Shown: piece by piece, positions 1 through 7,166 of the stretch
Layout of the letters: the number at the start of each line of letters is the position of its first letter
Position numbering within the stretch: the first letter of the stretch is position 1
Source: a virus
Taxonomy: Duplodnaviria; Caudoviricetes
DNA length: 42,649 bases
Virus record (IMG/VR): IMGVR_UViG_3300050151_000036
Location: 1 to 42,649 of that record
Strand: one strand, 5' to 3'
Position numbers and translations under genes: made by a program
The notes under the pieces: model-generated
Told to the model about the DNA's origin: nothing
What the model saw: only the letters and a program-made list of their open reading frames with translations
Databases searched by the model: none

Positions 1-6
1 GGTTGT

Positions 7-1506
7 TCAGTATCCGCACCAGTTGGAGCGTCCATTTGCATTGTATCCGCTGGATTGGAGTTCATCTGCATATTCTTCCTCTTCAATTTCTTGTTGTGTA
101 GGTGCTTCAATTAATGAATCTAGCATCATACCAATATATGCAAATGCATCTACTTGGTCATCATTACGTCCACGAGGAAATTTACATAATTCATCCTCAA
201 AAATAGGATACCAATCACTATTTTTATCAAACTTTACAGCATGTGCTCGCATTCTACCTTGAATAGATCGTGCTCGTGCTATTTTATCTTTACCACCATG
301 TTTAAGTGCTGCTAAATTGACATAAACACCAGTACGAATCATTTCTTCTCGAAGAAAAGGACCGATTGCTTTGGATACTTGCATTTCTTCAATACCAAAT
401 AACTCTGGTTCGTAGATACGATGTAGTTGAATAATTGTGTCAACAATCTCTCTACCATCTAACCGTTCCCTGATGACATTACGAACATGAAGCATTTTAT
501 GTTCATCTACTGCTGCAACCACAAATACTGAATAATCTGCTGTCTCTCGTTCAGAAATAGCTAAATCAGCAGCAATGTAATAGTGAACAGCTCTATCTTT
601 TTCTGAATTAGTTAAACTAATAAAGTCAGACTTTTTAAAGTAAGCAACTGTTTCATCAATTGGTTCATTAAGGTATTCTTGTGAATACACATCAGATAAA
701 CCACGATCAATAAAGTCTTGTCTTTGGTCAATAAACCATTCTTTAGTGTAATTCTCAGGCCAAAGAATATGCTTAAAATCTTCTGTATGTGCTCTATATT
801 TAACAGCAGCCCAAGCAGAATGTTTATTTTTACTTGCAATCTTTAATGGTTCAATAATTGTATTACGATCCCATTCAGATGGCATTAAGTTGTTAAGTAA
901 ACTATCTTCATGAAGAATAGTACCCACAATACGAATAACACCATTAGAAGATAAACAAGGAATTAATGCACCATAAAACCAACGTTTAAACTTTTGTCTA
1001 CGTTCAGAGTTAAGAACAATTTCATCATTCTCTAGGTCATCACCAAGAATTAAATCAGGTCGTTTATTTGACCATTTCAATCCTCGCATCTTTTGTTCAG
1101 AACCTTTAGCAGTGATTCTAAACTTATGACCATCACGCATTTTAACAATGCAATCATCTTCTGTATCTTTTTCAAAGCAATCTATTTGAAACAAATCTCG
1201 GATACGTTCATTATCCATTAATTCTTTTTTAACATCACCAAGGAATTGTGTTGCTTGTGTAATGGTATCAGAGACAATAAGTACGTAACTTTTATCTCTA
1301 AAAAGAACTGAGGCTAAAAGATATGCAAGAGTAATTGCAGTGGATTTAGCATGTTTACGGGGTGCAGCAATTGCTACTTTAGGTCTTTTAGAAGTACATA
1401 AAGTCCACCATTCATAATGGCAATTAGGACTAATTACAGGATTATCGTAATTCTTTTGTAGTAAACTTGCACTAAAACCACTGATAATTTCAGCGGTAAG
1501 TTCCAT
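7..1506 (-). CDS. terL: Terminase large subunit
   Basis: Walker A-like APRKHAKST, RG..RPDLILGDDLEND Walker B region, C-terminal RNase H-like nuclease motifs AADLAISE..ADYS and FPRGRNDDQVDA. Confidence 0.93.
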   Translation of the reverse strand: MELTAEIISGFSASLLQKNYDNPVISPNCHYEWWTLCTSKRPKVAIAAPRKHAKSTAITLAYLLASVLFRDKSYVLIVSDTITQATQFLGDVKKELMDNERIRDLFQIDCFEKDTEDDCIVKMRDGHKFRITAKGSEQKMRGLKWSNKRPDLILGDDLENDEIVLNSERRQKFKRWFYGALIPCLSSNGVIRIVGTILHEDSLLNNLMPSEWDRNTIIEPLKIASKNKHSAWAAVKYRAHTEDFKHILWPENYTKEWFIDQRQDFIDRGLSDVYSQEYLNEPIDETVAYFKKSDFISLTNSEKDRAVHYYIAADLAISERETADYSVFVVAAVDEHKMLHVRNVIRERLDGREIVDTIIQLHRIYEPELFGIEEMQVSKAIGPFLREEMIRTGVYVNLAALKHGGKDKIARARSIQGRMRAHAVKFDKNSDWYPIFEDELCKFPRGRNDDQVDAFAYIGMMLDSLIEAPTQQEIEEEEYADELQSSGYNANGRSNWCGY

Positions 1507-1508
1507 AA

Positions 1509-1898
1509 TTATTTAGCAACACCATTTAGTTTTTCAACTGTTCTTAATCCACCTAATCCTAAAAGACCCAGTAACAACGGCATCATAGTACCTAGATCAA
1601 GAGTAGGAAAAGCAACAGGATGGCCAAGCAGAGTTGATAACCATTGAGCAATGGGACCAACCACAAACTGAATGCCAAAAGCGCCACTACACACCCAGCC
1701 AACACTAGGCCGCCAACCAGAAACAAACAAACTGCTCGAACTTGCTTCTTGAGTATTAGCATTTAATTGACCTTGTAGTGCAGTTAAAACTAATGCTGCT
1801 TGCGCTCGTTCTTCCTCTGTTTTATCTGGCCATACTTTGTCAAGACCAGTTTTAATTAAGTCAGCAACAGAACCAAGTCCAGTAAGATCAATAGCCAT
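1509..1898 (-). CDS. Holin of 3TMs family (DUF3154-like)
   Basis: Family motif WRPSVGWVC, hydrophobic segments, C-terminal LLGLGGLRTVEK; adjacent to endolysin. Confidence 0.8.
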   Translation of the reverse strand: MAIDLTGLGSVADLIKTGLDKVWPDKTEEERAQAALVLTALQGQLNANTQEASSSSLFVSGWRPSVGWVCSGAFGIQFVVGPIAQWLSTLLGHPVAFPTLDLGTMMPLLLGLLGLGGLRTVEKLNGVAK

Positions 1899-2233
1899 TA
1901 TTTAATTCCATTAAATTCTAAACTGTAGTGATTCGCATCGTTAAATCTACCACCCCAAGAACCACCAATACTTTCCCAAAACTCACCCAGCATCTTATGG
2001 TCTTCCGTGGTCTGTAAGTAAGTACCATTCTTAAATAAATTTAAATCAATAGCAAGTCTTGATTTATGTCCAGAGCTAGGTAAACCATATCCTTTACTTT
2101 CACCAACTACACCAAAAACTCTTGGATCACGGTATGCATCACCTAATGTTACATCGTAACCAAGTGAAAATGCTTTACTTAAAAGTTGTGGAAGCATTTT
2201 GGTAAATTGTACTTGACGTTCAAATAAAGTCAT
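1898..2233 (-). CDS. Endolysin, peptidase M15 family (L-Ala-D-Glu type)
   Basis: SxH...AIDLN zinc motif and WGGRFNDANH C-terminal motif. Confidence 0.88.
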   Translation of the reverse strand: MTLFERQVQFTKMLPQLLSKAFSLGYDVTLGDAYRDPRVFGVVGESKGYGLPSSGHKSRLAIDLNLFKNGTYLQTTEDHKMLGEFWESIGGSWGGRFNDANHYSLEFNGIK

Positions 2234-2517
2234 TTCTTACCGTCATTACGTTTAAGAGAACCATTTGGATTACGAGAAAAACTTCTGTTTTGATGTTCTG
2301 AAACTACACGAAGATTAGACCTGGCATTACTACCACCTTTTGACAAAGGAGTTTTATGGTCAACATCCCGGTGGTCACCTTTGTGAACTTTACCCGCTTT
2401 TTCCATAATACGTCTAGCGGCATTTTGCTCTGCTCTTTTCTTTTTGACTTCTGGACGAGATGTGTAAAGTTTGACTTCTTTTTTATAATCACGTTTTCCG
2501 TTGGTCATCCAGGGCAT
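2230..2517 (-). CDS. Small HNH endonuclease-domain protein (packaging associated)
   Basis: DVDHKTPLSKGGSN..NLRVVS..QNR HNH signature; lies between terS candidate and lysis genes. Confidence 0.8.
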   Translation of the reverse strand: MPWMTNGKRDYKKEVKLYTSRPEVKKKRAEQNAARRIMEKAGKVHKGDHRDVDHKTPLSKGGSNARSNLRVVSEHQNRSFSRNPNGSLKRNDGKK

Positions 2518-3016
2518 CAGTTACCTCTTTGTAGTTAACGTCAACTGATTCAGCAGCAGACTTTTTGTTAGTCATCTTTTTAAATTCTTTAGCTAAGAGA
2601 GTCAACGTCTCTTGCACTGTGTTCTTATCCTGATTCATGCGATCAGAAATTTCTTCCATCTGTAACTGTCTTGTCAATAGATTGTTTGTTACTTGAGCTG
2701 CATCACGAAGTGTAACTGGTTTACGTTCAATAGCACCTGTTTTATTATTTAAAATAAAGTCACCGTTTTCTAAACGATCTTGAATAACTTCTAATGAAGT
2801 GTCAATAATGGTGCTTAACTTTGTACCAGTCTTAGCTTTTTTAGCTTGCCTGATTTCTTCCACAAGCTGTGGCCACCAATCTTCTTTACGCCAAGAATAA
2901 AGAAGATCATAGGGGATTGTAGTAACTTCAGACACTAAACGCATATTCCCATTGAGCATAAACAACGTAACAGCGTTAGTTTTATCAGACCAAGAATATG
3001 GTTTTGTTATAGACAT
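2489..3016 (-). CDS. Probable terminase small subunit
   Basis: First gene of packaging operon; N-terminal HTH-like segment followed by helical region. Second ATG (3016) preferred over 3022 for spacing from AAAGGA. Function inferred from position. Confidence 0.55.
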   Translation of the reverse strand: MSITKPYSWSDKTNAVTLFMLNGNMRLVSEVTTIPYDLLYSWRKEDWWPQLVEEIRQAKKAKTGTKLSTIIDTSLEVIQDRLENGDFILNNKTGAIERKPVTLRDAAQVTNNLLTRQLQMEEISDRMNQDKNTVQETLTLLAKEFKKMTNKKSAAESVDVNYKEVTDALDDQRKT

Positions 3017-3054
3017 AGACATCCTTTGATGAAGAGAAATTTAGGCATACTAAC

Positions 3055-3083
3055 ATTATACCACAATTAAAGACCAATGTCAA
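3055..3083 (-). promoter_or_regulatory. Sigma70 promoter driving packaging/lysis operon
   Basis: Minus strand TTGACA-17 nt-TATAAT, perfect consensus with extended TGn -10. Confidence 0.88.
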
Positions 3084-3162
3084 GTCTTTTATAGGAAACA
3101 TGTAAAATATTTCTTTCATAGGTATGATACAAACTTTATTTTATAAAAACATTAAAAACCTA

Positions 3163-3190
3163 TTGACAAAAAAGAAAAAAGATGTATAAT
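3163..3190 (+). promoter_or_regulatory. Sigma70 promoter (rightward)
   Basis: TTGACA (3163-3168), 16 nt, TATAAT (3185-3190); A/T tract upstream resembles an UP element. Confidence 0.75.
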
Positions 3191-3606
3191 AAATACATAT
3201 AGTATTTATATATAAAAGAATATATAAGTTATAGAATTATAAGTTATATGTTCTTTTATATTATTGTATTTAATGTTTTTTATGTATTTATGTTTTATTG
3301 TATTGTTTATAAAAGAAAGAATAAAAAGAAAGAAAGCAATGAGGTCTATGACCTAGGGAGCCATCAGGCGACCAAAGACCCCAAACAACAATACCCCAAG
3401 AAGGTACCTAGAAGGCTCTATACGGCGTTTAAATAGCATAGTGGCTACCCTAGTATACCCCACCCTAAATAAACGCCTTAAATCGCCTGTAATTCGATAT
3501 AGCCTTTGTTTACGGGAGATACGAAAATTGTATAAGGTGACTTCCACAAACTTCTACACAGGCAGGTTTTCCCCCTCCCCCTCCCTTCACAACAATAAAT
3601 TTATTC

Positions 3607-3728
3607 ATCCCCTCCCTATGATTAAATCCAGCAATGCTATCGATAGCATGAGGTGTCTGGGGGCTAAATGAGAATAGGTCTTATTTGACTACCATTAGTA
3701 TCATTTATATCACTTATCCCCTCCCTAT
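3607..3728. repeat. 13-bp direct repeat ATCCCCTCCCTAT
   Basis: Exact copies at 3607-3619 and 3716-3728; related CCCCTCCC tracts at 3571-3585 and ~3883-3890. Confidence 0.7.
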
Positions 3729-3738
3729 ATCATCCCTA

Positions 3739-3768
3739 TTGACAGCATGGTCTCTTTTGTGGTACTAA
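3739..3768 (+). promoter_or_regulatory. Possible sigma70 promoter
   Basis: TTGACA (3739-3744), 18 nt, TG-G-TACTAA; same CCTATTGACA context as the promoters at 3163 and 19148. Confidence 0.5.
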
Positions 3769-3857
3769 CATGGCCCATAGTCTAGAGTCAACACCCTAAA
3801 AATACCGACACAAAGAGCGTTTTCTTCTATATAGTCGGTGTTGTCGATGGTTGACTC

Positions 3858-3870
3858 CGCTCTTTAACAA
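3858..3870 (+). promoter_or_regulatory. boxA antitermination element 1
   Basis: CGCTCTTTAACAA matches the rrn/lambda nut boxA consensus; directly follows a long hairpin (3785-3857). Confidence 0.75.
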
Positions 3871-3924
3871 CCCAGGTAGTAACCCCTCCCCGCAGATGCG
3901 GCATAGGACACAAAGCCCCTAGGC

Positions 3925-3953
3925 TTGACAAGGTTATTACCCGGTGTTAAAGT
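3925..3953 (+). promoter_or_regulatory. Sigma70 early promoter
   Basis: TTGACA (3925-3930), 17 nt, TAAAGT with extended TGn. Confidence 0.75.
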
Positions 3954-4020
3954 AGTGACAGGTTTGAAGGTTTACAGGTTTGACAGTGTTAGTGCACTGG
4001 ACTACCGCCGACCTTCCACC

Positions 4021-4033
4021 CGTTCTTTAACAA
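4021..4033 (+). promoter_or_regulatory. boxA antitermination element 2
   Basis: CGTTCTTTAACAA, one mismatch from element 1, about 70 nt downstream of the 3925 promoter. Confidence 0.7.
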
Positions 4034-4039
4034 TTTACA

Positions 4040-4680
4040 CTTGCATCCTGACCCGCGAAGGGCGTCTTTCGCAGCGGGTTGCCCCTAAGGGGACTAACAA
4101 GGCACTGCAAACCTTAGCCCTCGCTACATGCGAGACGGTGACAAATCGGGCATGGGCCGATTGTAAATAACCGGGGCTGTAAATCTAGAATGCAAGCATC
4201 GTCGGGAGACGTGGCCCATAGTCTAGGCTAATGCTCACGATATTTATGACGATTAATCCCATACGTGGTCATCTATACTTATGCTAAGGCCACTACTATG
4301 TGCATGGTGCATACTCGCCAAGTACCTAAACACATAGCATCAATCCCCCCGCTGTGAAGCGTCGGGATAAGGCAACCTAACGGGTTGCGTTTGAATTATC
4401 TGATTTAATAAACATCCATTTCGCTGTAATTTTAAGTATGTCAGCACTGGATTGTGTCACCTATAGTCCTAGGTTTAGCCCGTAGCATGGGTCGGACTCC
4501 GCCAGTAAGTGTGTATATTCCCCGGGTTTCTTAGTTGAATATGCACAACCCCTAAAGCGCGTGAAACACAATCCACCTAGCGACTGAGCATTAAAACACA
4601 CGAGGTGTTTGATTCCGTACATATATCGGCCGGTGTATGCGGATTATTTCGGGTAATTCAAAGGCAATCCCGCCTAATTT
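4040..4680 (+). ncRNA. Candidate large structured non-coding RNA (family unassigned)
   Basis: No credible ORF. Many helices, including long-range 4229-4237/4585-4593, 4390-4403/4649-4662, 4448-4457/4566-4575; GNRA-capped hairpins; G-U pairs favour the + strand. Confidence 0.6.
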
Positions 4681-4697
4681 GATTAAAGGAATTAATC

Positions 4698-5345
4698 ATG
4701 TCCCATGCATTGGCTACCCTGGCAGTGGGTGCCTCAAACGTGCTGAATGCAAAGCACGAAAACCTCACGTTCGGCAAGCGCATCGCTACGCTGGACGACA
4801 AAATGTTGGGCAGCATGCTTGCCAATGAAGTGATGGCAACGGTGCAAACCCAAGGGCAGGTGTGGCGTGGTTTCGCCATGCGGATTATCAACACGAACCA
4901 TGAGGCCCGCGCTGCGTTCGTTCAGGCCATCGACTCCACGCTCAAGGAAATGCGTGGTGCGAATACCATCGACGATACCGTGGCGGCCAAGGATGCGAAG
5001 AAGCGCGTCAACACAGCCACTGTGGAAGTGTCCAAGCTGCGCATCGTGGCAAAGGCATGGAACAGTGGTGCCACCATCCCCGGCTTGGTGGAATATGTGC
5101 GCCTTGCACTGAAGCAACCCACGGCCGAGCTGGAACACATCGGCTATACCATGCTGGTGGAATACGCTCGCACCTTCAGCCAGTCGAAGGCCGGTCGTCC
5201 GGCAAAGGCATGGGCAGAGAAGCTGGGTGACTGGTTGGACAAGAATGCCCCGGATGAAGACGATGCCAAGGGCAACGCACTGCGGGAGAAGTTCATTGCG
5301 ATGTTGAATGGTGAGCAGCCCCCGAAGTTGATGGCCTTGATGTAA
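4698..5345 (+). CDS. First early gene, unknown function (215 aa)
   Basis: Strong RBS TAAAGGA, GC-rich codon usage, helical composition. Confidence 0.8.
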   Translation: MSHALATLAVGASNVLNAKHENLTFGKRIATLDDKMLGSMLANEVMATVQTQGQVWRGFAMRIINTNHEARAAFVQAIDSTLKEMRGANTIDDTVAAKDAKKRVNTATVEVSKLRIVAKAWNSGATIPGLVEYVRLALKQPTAELEHIGYTMLVEYARTFSQSKAGRPAKAWAEKLGDWLDKNAPDEDDAKGNALREKFIAMLNGEQPPKLMALM

Positions 5346-5402
5346 CATCATCGGTTAAGGGTATTAACAAGATTAATTGTTAGTATCCTTACCAATGCTG
5401 TT
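5344..5402 (+). other. Long intergenic hairpin, candidate RNase III processing site
   Basis: TAAGGGTATTAACAA pairs with TTGTTAGTATCCTTA (with G-U pairs) and extends imperfectly outward; no U-tract. Confidence 0.5.
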
Positions 5403-5431
5403 CATGGTGAACTAGCAGATAGGAGAATGTT

Positions 5432-5623
5432 ATGCAAAAGCTCGGCGTCTACACCAAGGAACAAGGTTTCATCAGTGGCATCACCGCAACTGCACCGAAG
5501 ATCAAGCGTGAGGGTCTGACGGTGGTGTCTGCGGCTTCCTATCGTGCTGGCAAGGTCAAGGCCATCGCTCAGGGCAAGCGCCTGCGCCGGCAATTGTTGG
5601 AATCCGGTGGCCTGGTCGGCTAA
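5432..5623 (+). CDS. Small basic early protein
   Basis: AGGAGA RBS, 63 aa, codon usage like neighbours. Confidence 0.7.
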   Translation: MQKLGVYTKEQGFISGITATAPKIKREGLTVVSAASYRAGKVKAIAQGKRLRRQLLESGGLVG

Positions 5624-5638
5624 TTAAAAGGAATAATC

Positions 5639-5806
5639 ATGGCAAAGATCAAATGCAAGTGTGAGCACACTCATCAAGACAAGCTCTATGGCCACGGTGT
5701 TCGTGTTGCTACAGTGACACAAAAGGGTGACCAACAAAACCGTGATGTTCGGTGCACGGTGTGTGGGGCAGTGCAACGTATCCCCAATGCGTTGCTGAAC
5801 AAGTAG
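5639..5806 (+). CDS. Small putative zinc-binding protein (55 aa; absent from ORF track)
   Basis: AAGGA RBS; MAKIKCKCEH...RCTVCG with CxCxH and CxxC. Confidence 0.72.
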   Translation: MAKIKCKCEHTHQDKLYGHGVRVATVTQKGDQQNRDVRCTVCGAVQRIPNALLNK

Positions 5807-5959
5807 GTCGATCATGGTCTGCCCTGTGCTGCCTGTCGGCCCTGTCCGCGTCGTGTCTGTTAGCGCATGGTGTGGTCATAGGAGAAACTACGCTACGATA
5901 GTGGTGACGCGCATTCGTCGTGCGCTCCCTAATGTGCCGTGGTAATTAATTGATTTAAT

Positions 5960-6043
5960 GCGGGTGTGGTGGAATGGAATACACATCAGACTTAAAATCT
6001 GACGCCGCAAGGATTGAGGGTTCGAGTCCCTCCACCCGTACCA
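5960..6043 (+). tRNA. tRNA-Leu(TAA)
   Basis: Acceptor GCGGGTG/CACCCGT, anticodon arm TCAGA-CTTAAAA-TCTGA, long variable arm, GGTTCGAGTCC, encoded CCA. Confidence 0.95.
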
Positions 6044-6111
6044 TGTCGTATAAACTGATGAGTTGCCGACATTAAATGCAACGAAACCATTATGAAAATT
6101 AATGGTATTTA
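6043..6111 (+). ncRNA. Type I hammerhead ribozyme with loop II pseudoknot
   Basis: CTGATGA (6055-6061), stem II GTTGC/GCAAC, GAAA (6083-6086), stem III CCATTA/TAATGG, GTA cleavage triplet (6105-6107), stem I TAAA/TTTA; loop II CGACAT complementary to ATGTCG (6043-6048). Confidence 0.88.
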
Positions 6112-6321
6112 ATTAGCTATGGCTGACTAATCATATGCCAGCTGGTCTTTAGGGGATGCATACCCAACAGATCAGGAACGATTCAACTGAGTGTGACTCC
6201 CTTCATATCTGCTACAAGATATGCTTGAATGGTGACAGCATCTAGCCAAAGCCAAACCGTAGCGTGGTCCCCTTGCCAACCAAACAAGGAATCTATTAAC
6301 CCTATTAATTGGAGCAGCGCC

Positions 6322-6930
6322 ATGCAGTCTCTTTCTTCTTTTCGCACCCCGGATGTTGACAAAACGCTGGGTATTGAATTGGAATGTGTTCTTGAAGAGC
6401 CGTTCCAGGCCCAACGCTACATTGGTTTTTTCTATGTCACCACCGATGGTAGCATCATGGGTCGTGATGGTTACGGTCGTGAATTTGTGAGCCAGCCGCT
6501 GCCCTCAAAGTGGCTGAAAAAAGAATTGGATCGTTTGCAAAAGAAAATCCCGCAGTATTCTGTGAACGATTCTTGTGGCATTCATGTGCATGCTTCCCGC
6601 AAGTGGGTGACTCCGAAGCGCCTTGCAGCTTTGACTCAGTTTTTCAAAGACAATATTGATGGTGATGATGCACAACTCCTGTTCGGGCGGCGGCCAAACC
6701 AGTACTGTCGTTCGCTGTACCAACAACACTATGATAAGCGGTACTACTGCATTAATTCCACTAATCCAAAAACGGTGGAGTTTCGTATGTTCGCAAGCGG
6801 GTCGATCATGTGGGCTAAGTACTGCGTGGACATGGTTGAATACCTCATCACCAACGCATACCATCTGAACCCCACCGCATTGTATGCGGCCAGTGACCTA
6901 CTCAAAAAGCAGTACAACATCCCTCATTAA
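6322..6930 (+). CDS. Putative amidoligase (Amidoligase_2-like COOH-NH2 ligase)
   Basis: GIELE, DGSI, EFVS, SCGIHVH, TVEFRMF motifs; start moved to the ATG after GGAG. Confidence 0.8.
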   Translation: MQSLSSFRTPDVDKTLGIELECVLEEPFQAQRYIGFFYVTTDGSIMGRDGYGREFVSQPLPSKWLKKELDRLQKKIPQYSVNDSCGIHVHASRKWVTPKRLAALTQFFKDNIDGDDAQLLFGRRPNQYCRSLYQQHYDKRYYCINSTNPKTVEFRMFASGSIMWAKYCVDMVEYLITNAYHLNPTALYAASDLLKKQYNIPH

Positions 6931-6942
6931 TCGGAGCTAATC

Positions 6943-7161
6943 ATGTATGTCAAGCTGATACCTAAGAATGGCAAAGCCAGTAACCTTATTGGCATGGCCG
7001 GATGGCCGGATCATTGGGTAGTCACTGACAAAAAAGACATGGTTGGCTTCTCGGATAGGTCTGGTCCGTGGCTCCACGTCACACCAGACAACAACCACTC
7101 AGACAGCAAACGCTGGGTACATCAACATAACGATAAAGATTTTGTAGTCAAAGAGGTTTAA
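6943..7161 (+). CDS. Hypothetical protein
   Basis: GGAG RBS, 72 aa. Confidence 0.7.
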   Translation: MYVKLIPKNGKASNLIGMAGWPDHWVVTDKKDMVGFSDRSGPWLHVTPDNNHSDSKRWVHQHNDKDFVVKEV

Positions 7162-7166
7162 CAATC

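Larger units (their letters stand above)
3771..4226 (+). repeat. 15-bp direct repeat TGGCCCATAGTCTAG
   Basis: Exact copies at 3771-3785 and 4212-4226. Confidence 0.75.

Noticed and set aside
3248-4170. Short track ORFs in the control region (3248, 3353, 3441, 3925)
   Set aside because: No RBS, low-complexity translations, overlap promoters and RNA structures.
4095-4200. Twister ribozyme or c-di-GMP riboswitch suggested by GGTGACAA and GCAAACC
   Set aside because: Required neighbouring motifs and pseudoknot partners were not found; the segments fit ordinary stems.
4090-4470. Group I intron, suggested by GACTA (~4092) and CATAGTC/TATAGTCC resembling P7 strands
   Set aside because: No convincing P/Q/R core, no interrupted host gene or exon junctions.
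4734-5351. 205-aa antisense ORF and similar shadow ORFs in GC-rich parts (also 41470-42108, 41954-42502)
   Set aside because: Antisense shadows of real GC-rich genes; no RBS or recognisable motifs.
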